NCBI RefSeq assembly: GCF_030684315.1
Contig: NC_081370.1
Coordinates: 34,180,728-34,244,727 of the forward strand
Origin: Stegostoma tigrinum
Taxonomy: Eukaryota
DNA length: 64,000 bases
Reading direction: 5' to 3'
Part shown: one piece after another, positions 1-11,519 of the stretch
Layout of the letters: each line of letters starts with the position of its first letter
How positions within the stretch are numbered: the stretch's first letter is position 1
Notes under the pieces: model-generated
Told to the model about the DNA's origin: nothing
The model's input: the letters and a program-made list of their open reading frames with translations, nothing else
Databases searched by the model: none
Program-made: the position numbers and the translations under genes

Positions 1-240
1 CTCACATTTTTTTCCAGTTTAAACTCCAGCTGCCATTTCTCTGCCCAAATCTGCAATCCGTCTATTTCCTGCTGTATCCTTTGACAATCCTCCTCACTAT
101 CTGCAACTCCATCAGTTTTGGTGTTGTCACCAAACTTAATACTCAAATTACCTACATTTTTCTCCAGATCATTGATATATATACTACAAACAGCAAAGGT
201 TGCAGCAACAATTGCAACCCTCCCTCATCCTCCAATAACC
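1..240 (-). mobile_element. Degenerate CR1 LINE reverse transcriptase fragment
   Basis: The reverse complement resembles the region around FADDTK/LQRDID/WAERWQMEFN of the CR1 at 1794-4851; heavily decayed. Confidence 0.6.
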
Positions 241-1332
241 TCTCTTTATCTTGTGTGATTACCTGATAACCAGGAATGTCGAGCTGCCAATCTTGCCATC
301 TTTCAGGAAGTCTCGTCATAGCTAAGGTATCAAACATTCTTGTGCCTATCTGTGTCATTCCTCACGATCCTGCTGTTGAAAAACATTCAATTTAATCATG
401 CTTATGTCACTTCTTTTGTTATGTAGCCTATGTTTCCTCTACCTTCCAGACTCACTGACTTGTATTCTGACTTCTAATTCTATCACAGCCTTTGACCCCT
501 CTGCAGTACTTGTCAGGATTCCATTCCCTGCCAATCTGGTTTAAATCCACCGCAACAGCATTAGCAAACCTCACCACATGAAAATTGTTCCCATTCCTGT
601 TTGTATAGAACCTGACCATCCTGTACAGGTCCCACCTTCCTCACAAACAGTTGCAAAGCCTCAGAATGTAAAGCTCTCCTTCCTGCACTATCTCTCCAGC
701 TGCATATTCATGCAAGCTTTGTCCTTCTATTCTTATACTCATTGCTGTGTGGCACCGGGAGTGATCCGAAAGTTACGACCTTTGAAGCCCTGCTTTAGAA
801 TTTCCTACCTTACTCCCTCATTCTACTTTCAAAGCCACAGTTCTCTTTTGTCCTGTGTCATTGGTCCAAATATAGACTACAACCTCTGGCAGTTCACCCT
901 TCTTGTGCAGAATGCCTTGCAGCCTTGACGTCAAGAGAGGCTGCGTACCTTCATGGAGTAACTGTTATAGTGGCAAAAGCACCTGTTTTTTCGCTTCACT
1001 GACAAAACCCCTTCAATACTTACCCATCCCCATCTTGAGCAGCTGGGTCACCCTTAGTAAGATGGTCTTAGCTCTAAGTGGCCTCCACATAGAAATTGTC
1101 ACTATCACCATCTTCTGAGGCCAAGAAATATTCTGTGAGCAAGCTGCACTCTGGGGAGCTCCTTGCTACCTATCAGGTCCCCTTCTTTTGTGTCGGTAGG
1201 CTGTTGTGGAGGTGGGTGAGGGTGGTTGTGCCATGGTATCCCCAGGCTGCCACTCAATCTCCATAATCCAGAACTCCAACTGGAGACACCTCCTGTCGAC
1301 TTTGTCATCCAGACTATCAGAAATACTAAGTT

Positions 1333-1406
1333 GTTGCTGTGGCTTAGTTGGTTAAAGTACCTGCCCAATAAACAGGAGATTCTGTGTTCAAATCCTAGTG
1401 GTGCCT
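1333..1406 (+). pseudogene. tRNA-Thr(AGT)-derived pseudogene
   Basis: The 74-nt sequence gttgctgtggcttagttggttaaagtacctgcccaataaacaggagattctgtgttcaaatcctagtggtgcct aligns without gaps to vertebrate tRNA-Thr-AGT as recalled. It has A and B boxes, CpG-type decay, an anticodon changed to AAT and an anticodon-stem mismatch. Confidence 0.75.
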
Positions 1407-1487
1407 ATCACTTATGGGGTGGTTATCTAGCCAAAACTTATCATAAACCGGGTACAGCTGGCTTGCTGCCTGCATTTACTCTTACTA

Positions 1488-1793
1488 GCACGGTGGCTCA
1501 GTGGTTAGCACTGCAGCCTCACAGCGCCAGGGACCCAGGTTCAATTCCAGCCTCAGGCGACTGTCTGTGTGGAGTTTGCACATTCTCCCCTTGTCTGCGT
1601 GGGTTTGCTCCGGTTTCCTCCCACAGTCCAAAAGATGTGCAGGCTGGGTGGATTGGCCATGCTAAATTACCGGTAGTGTTCAGGAATGTGTGGGTTATAG
1701 GGTGTGGGTCTGGGTGGGATGTTGCAAGGGGCTGTGTGGACTTGTTGGGCTGAAGGGCCTGTTTACACGCTGTAGGGAATCTAATCTAATCTA
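1488..1793 (+). mobile_element. HE1-like tRNA-derived V-SINE
   Basis: tRNA-like head (gcacggtggctcagtggttagcact...ggttcaattcc), V-domain core (tgtgtggagtttgcacattctcccc...ggtttcctcccacagtccaaaagatgtg) and a CR1-type tail ending in (aatct)n. Confidence 0.85.
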
Positions 1794-4700
1794 CTGGGTT
1801 TAAACAAGATGGTCTTCACCTGAACCAGAGGGGTACCGATATCCTGGGGGGGAAATTTGCTAAGACTGTTCGAGTGGGTTTAAACTAATTCAGCAGAGGG
1901 ATGGGCACCAAAATTGTAGTTCGACTATAGAAAAGGTTGACAGTAGCATGGTCCGCAATAAAGTTTCAGGCAAGCAAGATGGCACCGGCAAGCAAGAAGT
2001 CGGATTGAAGTGTGTCTACTTCAATGCCAGGAGCGTCCATAATAAGGTGGGTGAACTTGCAGCATGGGTTAGTACCTGGGACATCGATGTTGTGGCCATT
2101 TCGGAGACATGGATACAGCAGGGACAGGAATGGCTGTTGCAGGTTCCGGGATTTAGGTGTTTCAGTAAGAACAGAGAAGATGGTAAAAGGGGCGGAGGTG
2201 TGGCATTGTTGGTCAAGGACAGTATTACAGTTGCAGACAGGATGTTTGGGGACTCTTCAACTGAGGTAGTATGGGCTGAGGTTAGAAACAGGAAAGGAGA
2301 GGTCACCCTGTTGGGAGTTTTCTATAGGCCTCTGAATAGTTCCAGAGATGTAGAGGAAAGGATAGCAAAGATGATTCTCGGTAGGAGTGAGAGAGACAGG
2401 GTAGTTGTCATGGGGGACTTCAACTTTCCAAATATTGACTGGGAACACTATAGTTCGAGTACTATAGATGGGTCAGTTTTTATCCAGTGTGTGCAGGAGG
2501 GCTTCCTGACGCAGTATGTAGATAGGCCAACAAGGGGCAAAGCCACATTAGATTTGGTACTGGGTAATGAGCCCGGCTACGTGTTAGATTTGGAAGTAGG
2601 TGAGCACTTCGGTGATAGCGATCATAATTCTGTTATGTTTACTTTAGTGATGGAAAGGGATAGGTATATACCACTGGGCAAGAGTTGTAGCTGGGGGAAA
2701 GGCAATTACGATGAGATTAGGCAAGATTTAGGGAGCATAGAATGGGGAAGGAAACTGCAGGGGATGGGCACATTAGAAATGTGGAGCTTATTCAAGGAAA
2801 AGCTCCTGTGTGTCCTAGATAAATATGTACCTGTCAGGCAGGGAGGAAGCTGTAGAGTGCGGGAGCGGTGGTTTATGAAGGAGGTGGAATCTCTGGTCAA
2901 GAGGAAGAAGAAGGCTTATGTTAGGATGAGATGTGAAGGCTCAGTTAGGGCACTTGAGGGCTACGAGGTAGCGAGGAAAGACCTAAAGAGAGAGCTCAGA
3001 AGAGCCAGGAGGAGACATGAGAAGTTGTTGGCGGACAGGATCAGGGTAAACCCTAAGGCTTTCTATAGGTATTTAAGGAATAAAAGAATGATGAAAGTAA
3101 GATTAGGCCCAATCAAGGATAGTAGTGGTAAGTTGTGTGTGGAGTCAGATGAGATAGGGGAAGCGCTAAATGAATATTTTTCAACAGTATTCACTCTAGA
3201 AAACGACAATGTTGTCGAGGAGAATACTGAGATACAGGCTACGAGACTAGGTGGGATTGAGGTTCACAAGGAAGAGGTATTAGAAATCCTTCAGAAGGTG
3301 AAGATAGATAAGTCCCCTGGGCCGGATGGGATTTATCCTTGGATCCTCTGGGAAGCCAGGGAGGAGATTGCCGAGCCTTTGGCATTGATCTTTAACTCGT
3401 CATTGTCTACAGGAATAGTGCCAGATGACTGGAGGATAGCAAATGTGGTTCCCCTGTTCAAGAAGGGGAGTAGAGACAACCCTGGTAATTATAGACCAGT
3501 GAGCCTTACCTCAGTTGTTGGTAAAGTGTTGGAAAAGGTTATAAGGGATAGGATTTATAATCATCTAGAAAAGAATAAATTGATTAGGGATAGTCAGCAC
3601 GGTTTTGTGAATGGAAGGTTGTGCCTCACAAACCTTACTGAGTTCTTTGAGAAGGTGACCAAAAAGGTAGATAAGAGTAAACCGGTTGATGTGGTGTAGA
3701 TGGATTTCAGCAAGGCGTTCGATAAGGTTCCCCACAGTAGGCTATTGTACAAAATGCAGAGGAATGGAATTGTGGGAGATATAGCAGTTTCGATCGGAAA
3801 TTAGCTTGCTGAAAGAAGACAGAGGGTGGTAGTTGATGGGAAATGTTCATCCTGGAGACCAGTTACTAGTGGTGTACCGCAAGGGTCGATGTTGGATCCA
3901 CTGCTGTTTGTCATTTTTATAAATGACCTGGATGAGGGCATAGAAGGATGGGTTAGTAAATTTGCAGACGACACTAAGGTCGGTGGAGTTGTGGATAGTG
4001 ACAAAGGATGCTGTAGGTTGCAGAGAGACATAGATAAGCTGCAGAGCTGGGCTGAGAGGTGGCAAATGGAGTCTAATGCAGACAAGTGTGAGGTGATGCA
4101 CTTTGGTAGGAGTAGTCGGAAGGCAAAGTACAGGGCTAATGGTAAGATTCTTAGCAGTGTAGATGAGCGGAGAGATCTCGGTGTCCATGTACACAGATCC
4201 TTGAAAGTTGCCACCCAGGTTGACAGGGCTGTTAAGAAGGCATACAGTGTTTTAGCTTTTATTAATAGAAGGATCGAGTTCCGGAACCAAGAGGTTATGG
4301 TGAAGCTGTACAAAACTCTGGTGCGGCCGCACTTGGAGTATTGTGTACAGTTCTGGTCACCGCATTATAAGAAGGATGTGGAAGCTTTGGAAAGGGTGCA
4401 GAGGAGATTTACTAGGATGTTGCCTGGTATGGAGGGAAGGTCTTACGAGGAAAGGCTGAGGGACTTGAGGCTGTTTTCGTTAGAGAGAAGAAAGTTGAGA
4501 GGTGACTTAATTGAAACATATAAAATAATCAGAGGGTTAAATAGGGTGGATAGGGAGAGCCTTTTTCCTAGGATGGTGACAGCGAGCACGAGGGGGCATA
4601 GCTTTAAATTGAGGGGTGAAAGATATAGGACAGATGTCAGAGGTAGTTTCTTTACTCAGAGTAGTAAGGGAATGGAACGCTTTCCCTGCAACGGTAGTAG

Positions 4701-4851
4701 ATTTGCCAACTTTAGGTACATTTAAGTCATCATTGGATAAGCATATGGACGTACATGGAATAGTGTAGGTTAGATGGGCTTGAGATCGGTATGACAGGTC
4801 GGCACAACATTGAGGGCCGAAGGGCCTGTACTGTGCTCTAATGTTCTATGT
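1794..4851 (+). mobile_element. CR1 LINE, 5'-truncated, young but inactivated
   Basis: ORF1 C-terminus with the SGNH-esterase motif DGLHLN..G (stop at 1886-1888). ORF2 has the APE domain (YFNARS, SETW, GDFN, SDHN) and the RT domain (PGPDG, NYRPVSLTS, GVPQGS, FADD). The 3' tail reads gggccgaagggcctgtactgtgct...ttctatg. Confidence 0.95.
1948..4745 (+). pseudogene. CR1 ORF2 (APE endonuclease plus reverse transcriptase), disrupted
   Basis: ORF track entries 1948-3699 and 3826-4725 are in the same frame. In-frame TAG codons sit at 3697-3699 (in place of Y before MDFSKAFD) and 3802-3804 (in place of W), and there is a frameshift near 4660. Confidence 0.9.
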
Positions 4852-5059
4852 AAATACCTAGGATTTTCCACGTAGTTCGGACGTGTTAATCACAGATAGT
4901 GCTTTTCCCAGATATACCTTTATCTTAAAAGAAGATAGACCCTTTCTTTCATTTTATCATTGCCCCTAATTTAGTATAGCCTAGAAAAATCTGATATTTT
5001 CTGCACCATGAGTTCCACTAACATCCAATATATCCTGCCTCAATAGTTTTCATTTTAAA

Positions 5060-6300
5060 AATATTTTTTATTCATTAAAAATACATATATTGTCACAAAT
5101 GCAGTTTGGTTTTGTACATTAACATATCAAGTGGACAAATAAACATTTGAGTTTGACTCTATCCCAAAAAACAAGATTATATTTTGTTGCATTAAGGCAT
5201 TAGGATGGTCCGATAACTGAATGAACTCCCTCTTACTTTCAGCAGAAAGACTTCACACAGTGGTATTTCCACTGCACACTGGCAGCAGTTGCCCCAGGCT
5301 TTACTGTGTCCCTCAGCATGTAGTCCTGCACCTTGGACTGTGCCAGTCTGCAACACTCAGTCGGTGTCAACTCCTTGTTCTGGAAGACCTACGAGTTCCG
5401 GGCAGAGCAAAGAGCATCTTTCACTGAGTTGATGGTCCTCCAGGAGCAATCGATGTTTGCCTTGATGCGTGTCCTGGGGATCAGACTGTAGAGTAGAGGG
5501 TCCTGCGTCTCAGGGCTGCTCAGGACAAACTTTAACAAAAACTGTTGCATCTCTCTCTAGATATCCTTTGCAAAGTCACATTCCAAGAGGAGATGTGTGA
5601 CAGTGTCAATTTTCCCACAGCCACTTAGAGGGCAGCATGTGGTGGCACAGGCTGACAAGGGGTGCATGAGGGATCTGACAGGTGGTGCCCTTCTCACCAC
5701 CAGCCAAGTGATGTGTTGGTGCTTGTTGGCAAATTCTGGTGATGAAGCATCCTCCCAGATGACTTTGGCAGTCTGCTCAGGGAGCCATACAACAGGATCC
5801 ACCCTCCTTTTCTCTGTGTCTCGAGGATGCTCTGTGCTTACCACTTCCTGATGGACTTGTGCTCAAAGGTGTTTCCCTTTGCAAATTTCTCCACAAAAGG
5901 CAGGTGGTACAGAATGGTCCAAGTACTGGGAGCATTCCACGGCAATGAGGCTAGTCCCATCCGTCACAACACCAGGGCCAGGTAGAACCTTAGCACATAG
6001 TGATACTTGGTGTTTGATGCAGCTGCACACAAAGGTGGCCATCAGGATGAGGGTGATGTTGGGTATGTTCTTCCCCCATATCCAGAGTTTTGTACAAGGA
6101 GTTCCTGCAAATTCGGTCCATCTAAGACCTCCAGCTGAAGTGCAAGATGGCTCGTGTGACGAAAAAGATAAGTTTTGGGAATGGCCAGACCTGTGCCACG
6201 TGCTGGTCTTCCTGCCCCTCTGCAAGGGTCCCATTTCACTAGCTACTCTCCATGGTACTCATTTCCTGGTCCCAGGGTCCTCACTTCACACTATCCTCTC
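5060..6300 (-). mobile_element. Tx1/L1-clade LINE 3' fragment, degenerate
   Basis: Minus-strand peptides WLVVRRAPPVRS and CPLSGCGKIDTVTHLLLECDFAK match the C-terminal zinc-knuckle region of Tx1-type ORF2. Many frameshifts; boundaries approximate. Confidence 0.7.
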
Positions 6301-6786
6301 AGTGATTGCTGACTGCTTGTCACAGGGCCCCCACACTGCATGCACCTGTCTGTGATGCTGACTGGGGATTTGCTCCTCTCCAGAAAAGCATGTTTCACTC
6401 AACAGCATTCAGTATATTTGCTTTCCTTTTTCCACCATATGCACTCGCTGCTGGATGGGGACAGGAATCAGAAATGATCAACATTGAGAGTTTTTTCAAA
6501 TGAGATTATGACCATGTGTCTCTTTGTTCTAGTCTAATTTCAAAATACATGCCAGAGGAAAAAAAAATTAAACAGAAACATGTAGGATTGCATTACAAAG
6601 GCTAATTGTATTCAGATTTGAAAAGGTCTGTTTTGAAACGTTAAACAAGAAAAATAAGGTATTTGATCAGATTAATTTTCTAGTTTTATAGTAACTTATC
6701 TGTACAGTCTTACCAGCATCTTGCTTTACTGTTGATGAGCTACACAAGCCAGCATCTAATGAAGTTTATGTTTTCTTTCCACACAG

Positions 6787-7137
6787 CTCAGCCAAACGTT
6801 AGTTTATCCACACAATCTCTTACAATTTTGAATGGTTCAGAGGACTCTGTGAGCTGTGACGTGACTGGATTTTATCCTGAACTATTAAAGATCAGCTGGA
6901 TCAAAGTATCAAAACAGAGAACAGAAAATATTACATTCCTAAGTTACAGAAAGAAGTTTGGCAGGAAAAGTGATAAAACGTTTTATAAATCCAGTCAACT
7001 GAACATTAAACCAACAATAAAGGATGATGGTGACAGATACAGATGTGTCGTGGAGCATTCAACATTTCCTAATGGACTGACAATGGAATGTGCACTCACT
7101 GTACAAGTTGAGTCCGCTATTAACAGAACTCTGAATG
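6787..7137 (+). CDS. Ig C1-set domain exon of an IgSF type I membrane protein (B7-H6/NCR3LG1-like; SIRP-like or tapasin-like not excluded)
   Basis: Acceptor ttttctttccacacag, donor AATG|gtgagt; 351 bp, phase 1-1. Encodes AQPNVSLS...VSCDVTGFYPELLKISWIK...TFYKSSQLNIKPTIKDDGDRYRCVVEHSTF...LTVQ, with the C1-set motifs C.V.GFYP, W and Y.C.V.H. N-glycosylation sequons: NVS, NGS, NIT, NRT. Confidence 0.9.
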
Positions 7138-7294
7138 GTGAGTAGAAGGAAGGAAAAGAGTGAGTCAGAGAAGTGATGGGGAGCAGGATGGGAAGGTGGT
7201 TACATGGCAGGGAAAGAGAAAGTGGCTGGTATTGCACTAACGTCTCAATATTGACAACAAATTCAAAATGCTACACAAGCAGGGTTGGGTTAAT

Positions 7295-8730
7295 GACCTG
7301 ATGATAGTGTTGAAAGATTATTAATCCAGAAATTTGGCAAACGTTCTGGGGACCTTTGTTCAAATCCTGTCACAGCAGATAGTGGAATTTGAATTCAATA
7401 AAAAATATCAAAGTCTACTGATATCCATGAAACCCTGAGATGGCACAATGGCTTAGTAATTAGCACTGATGCCTCGCAGTGCCAGGATTTAGTTCCACCC
7501 TCAGGCAATGGAGTTTGCACATTCTTCCTGTCTTTGTGTGGGTTTCCTCTGGGTGCTCACATTTCCTTCTACAGTTCACAGATTTTCAGGTTAAGGTGGA
7601 TTGGCCATGCTACATTGTCCATAGTGTCCAGGGATGTACAGGCTAGGTGGATTAGCGATGGGAAAATGCAGGATTACAGAGATAGGGTGGATTTGGGTAG
7701 GATGCTCTTTGAAGGGCTGTTGTGGTCTTGATGGGCTGAATGGCCTACATCTGAACTGTAGGGATTCTATGATTCTATGATTGACGATAGTCAGAAGCCA
7801 CCTGGCTCACTAATGCCCTTCAGGAAAGGAAATCTGCCTTCCTCACCTGGTCTGGCGACAGCAATGTGATTGACTTTCAGTAGCCCCCTGGACTGGCCTG
7901 GCAAGCCACTCATTTCTATCAACTGGTACAAATTCTCAAAGAAATGAAACTGGAAGAACCACCTGGCAGTGATCTAGGCACCGGAAAAGACAATGGCAGG
8001 AACAGCCCCATAAATCCTGCAAAGTCCACCTCACTAACATCTGGGGGCTAGTGCCAAACTGGGAGAGCTCTGTCACAGACACGTTAAGCAACAGTTTGTC
8101 ATATTCAAACTCACTAAGTCATACCTGACAAACAAATCTGACCAGATACCACTGTCACCATCCCTGGATATGTCCTGTCTCACCGGCAGGACAGACCCAG
8201 CAGAGGCGGCGGGCTCAGTGGTAAACAGTCAGGAAGTAGCTGCCCTGGGAGTCCTCAACATTGACTTCAGATTCCCGAAGTCTCATGCCTTCAGGCTAAA
8301 CACAGGCAAGGAAACAGCCAGCTGGTGACCATGTACCATCCCTCCTCAGCTGATGAATCAATACTCTTCAATGTTGAACAACAGCAAGGTTGCAATATGT
8401 ACTCTAGGTGGGAGATTTCAATGTTCACCAGCAGGAGTAGTTCAGCAGCAGTTCTACTGATTGAGATGGTTGAGTCTTAAAGGAGATAACTGCTAGATAG
8501 AGTCTGTTGCAAGGGTGAAGGAACTAACGAGGGAAAAATATACTTGATCTCATCCTTATCAATCTATCTGTGACAGTATTGATAAGAGTGACCACAGCAC
8601 AGACCTTGTGGAGAGGATGTCCTGTCTTCACACTGAGAATATCCTTTATTAAATTGCATGGCACTATCACCATGCTACATGGGACAGACTTTAAACAGAT
8701 CGAGCAACTCAAGACTGGGCCATCAACACT
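7295..8730 (+). mobile_element. Degenerate LINE 5' portion (tRNA-like head followed by APE endonuclease), interrupted by an HE1-like SINE
   Basis: 7295-7440 plus 7781-7900 match the SINE at 9641-9890. Downstream are decayed APE motifs NIWGLVP, HRQDRPSRGGG and GDFNVH. Boundaries approximate. Confidence 0.65.
7441..7780 (+). mobile_element. HE1-like V-SINE, older copy
   Basis: Same head and V-core as 1488-1793; the tail ends gggattctatgattctatga. Confidence 0.8.
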
Positions 8731-8734
8731 GGGA

Positions 8735-8945
8735 TAGGAACAAAAACAAAGTTGCTGGAAAAACTCAGCAGGGTCTGGCAGCATCTGTGAAGAAAAAATC
8801 AGAGTTAACATTCTCAGTTCTGAAATGTTAACCCAAAAGGTTAACTTTGATTTTTTCTTCACAGAAGCTGTCAGACCTGCTGAGCTTTTCCAGCATCTTT
8901 GTTCATGTTTCTGATTTACAGCATTCTCAGTAACTTTGGTTTTTA
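8735..8945. mobile_element. Palindromic Penelope pLTR-derived element
   Basis: Long imperfect inverted repeat: gctggaaaaactcagcagggtctggcagcatctgtgaagaaaaaatcagagttaac pairs with gttaactttgattttttcttcacagaagctgtcagacctgctgagcttttccagc. Confidence 0.6.
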
Positions 8946-8959
8946 TTAAGACTGGGAAA

Positions 8960-10070
8960 GGAAACTGGTCGGCAGAGAGGAAACAAAGAATAAGCATTAA
9001 TGGGTCCTTTTCAAATTGGCAGGCAGTAACGAGTGGGATGCCACAGGGATCAATCCTGGGACCCAAACTATTCGCAATATATATTAACGATTTGGATGAG
9101 GGAACAAAACGTAACATCTCCAGGTTTGCAGATGATACCAAATTGGGTGGGAGGGTGAACTGTGACGAGGATGCAGAGATCCTTTAGCATGATGTAAACA
9201 AGTTGGGTGAGTGGGCAAATCAATGGCAGATACTGTATAATTTGGATAAACGTGAGGTTATTCAATTCAGGAGTAAAAACAAGAAGGCAGATTACCTGAA
9301 CGGCTGTTAATTTGGAGAGAGGAGTGTGCAGCGGGACCTGGGTGTCCTTGTGCATCAGTCACTGAAGGTAAGCGTGCAGGCGCAGCAGGTGGTAGAGAAG
9401 GCAAATTGTGTGTTGGCTTTCATTGCAAGAGATTTTGAGGACAGAAGCAAGGATGTTGCAGTTGTACATGGCCTTGGTGAGACCATACCTGGAATATTTT
9501 GTCCAATTTTGGTTTCCTCTTCTGAGAAAGGGAGTGCAGCTAAGGATTACCAGGCTGATTCCAGGGATGGTAGGTCTGACATATGAGGAGAGATTGACTA
9601 GGTTGGGATTGTTTTTGCAAGAGTACAGACATATAGGAGAGGCAATGGCCTAGTGGTAATATCGCTGGACTGTTAATCCAGAGACCCAAATAAAATTCTG
9701 AGACCTGGTGTTCGAATCCCGCCATGGCAGGATTAAAAGTCTAATGATGACCGTGAATCCATTGTCAATTGTTGGAAAAACCCATCTGGTTCACCGATGC
9801 CCTTTAGGGAAAGAAACTGCCATCCTTACCTGGTCTGGCCTACATGTGACCCCAGCCCCACAGCAATGTAGTTGATTCTCAACTGCCCGGTGTGTAATTA
9901 GGGATGGGCGATAAATGCTGCCTAGCCAGCAACGCCTGCATTCCATGAATGAATAAGGAAAAAGAAAATGAGGGAGTCTCATTGAGACCTATAAAATTCC
10001 AACAGGACTGGACAGAGGTAGAGAGGATATTCCTGATGGTGGGTGTGTCCAGAACCAGGGGTCACAGGAT
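8960..10070 (+). mobile_element. CR1 RT/3' fragment interrupted by a SINE
   Basis: Peptides SGMPQGSILGPKLFAIYINDLD, SRFADDTKLGG, QRDLGVLVH and LYMALVRPYLEY; the element resumes after about 9960. Confidence 0.85.
9641..9957 (+). mobile_element. tRNA-derived SINE (second family)
   Basis: A box tggcctagtggt and B box gttcgaatcc; tail agggatgggcgataaatgctgcctagccagcaacgcctgcattccatgaatgaa. Another copy lies at 15536-15757 on the minus strand. Confidence 0.8.
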
Positions 10071-10129
10071 GACGATCCAGTATCAAACAATGGTTAGCAC
10101 CATATATGACTCCTCAGATACTGAAGAAT

Positions 10130-10750
10130 GTTGAAATGCAACAAAATCTGAACAATATCTAGGCTTGGACTGACAAGTTGCAAGAAACTTTCATTTTACA
10201 CAAATGCCATGCAATTACTATCTACCGACCGCCTCTTGACATTCTATGATGTTACCATTACTGAATCCACCACTACCAGCGTTTACCATTGACAGAAACT
10301 CAACTGAACTCACCACATAAAGACAATGCTACAAAAGCAGGTCAGAGGTGAGAAATACTGCGATGAGTAACTCACCATCTCTCTCCCCAAAGCCTGTCAA
10401 CCATCTACAAGGCACAAGTCAGGAGTGTGATGGAATACTCCCCGCTTGCCTGGATGGTGCAGCTCTAACACTCAAGAAGTTTGACACCATCCAGGAAAAA
10501 GCAGACTACTTGACTGACATCACATCCACACATATCCACTCACCCCAACACTGACACTCATTAGCAGCAGTGTATACTATCTACAAGATGAACTGCTGAA
10601 AGTCACCAAAGATCCTTAGACAGTACCTTATAGATGCTCGATTACTTCTCTCTGGAAAGTCAAGAGTGGTAGATATATGGGAATACCACTAGCTCCAACT
10701 TGCCCTCCAAGCCACTCACCATCCTGACTTGGAAGTATATTGCCTTCTTT
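10130..10750 (+). mobile_element. CR1/L2-group LINE 3' fragment, degenerate
   Basis: Decayed QQNLNNI*AWTDKLQ and YKAQVRSVMEYSPLAWM / LKKFDTIQEKA motifs. Confidence 0.7.
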
Positions 10751-11519
10751 CACTTGTACTTGAACATCGAATTTGTTTTGACATAATAGGCAAAGCATTG
10801 TGAATAAAATCTATAACTTAGACATGGAATAGCAGATATTACAATGAAGATCCCAGTTATTGAGATGACAGCCCACATTATTTGTAGGTCAAATTTGTAG
10901 CTTCACAACTCTTCTAAATCAAATTCCATTCCTTTCTTTCAAGCACTTCGTTGATTCTCTCCAGGCAGCAACAGTACCTAGCTGTACAGGTCTTCACTGT
11001 ACCATTGTTCACTGTCTGGTGTTTGATTGATCATTCCATAATCTTCTCAACTTCTCTTTTGGTGTTTCTGCTTCTTTTTCTCGATCTGCATGTCTATACT
11101 GGCTCCCTTATTCCTCTAGGTCTTCATTCTGGCTTCTGTACATTATTTGCTTTCCAGTCAAGGATCAGCAAGTGACATGGAACAATATTTCTTCTTATAC
11201 AATGAAATTATAATTGATCTCTTTATAAGGTGTACAAAATCTTAAGATTTTCTTTCAAGCATGTAAAATACCAATTACCATTATGCTGTTTCATTATTGT
11301 TGCTGCTTTGAGGCCAGAAACTACCACAACATAGTATATATTCTTTCCATTCTTGCAGATTGTATTGATGATCCTATCATTTGATGCAGTGAATACAAGT
11401 GGCAGCAAACACATTGTATAGACTGCCACTACTCTGTTCACAATGAAAAATAGGGTGATCAGTTGTACAACATTGATGACCAGATGCCCACTTGATGTAA
11501 CTGTAGATGAACCTCCTCT

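Noticed and set aside
6732-7145. Standalone 137-aa gene, or an Ig/TCR/MHC constant region with rearranging segments
   Set aside because: The ORF includes intron sequence on both sides of a spliced exon. I saw no convincing RSS heptamer-nonamer pairs or J segments, and the TM lacks antigen-receptor CART features.
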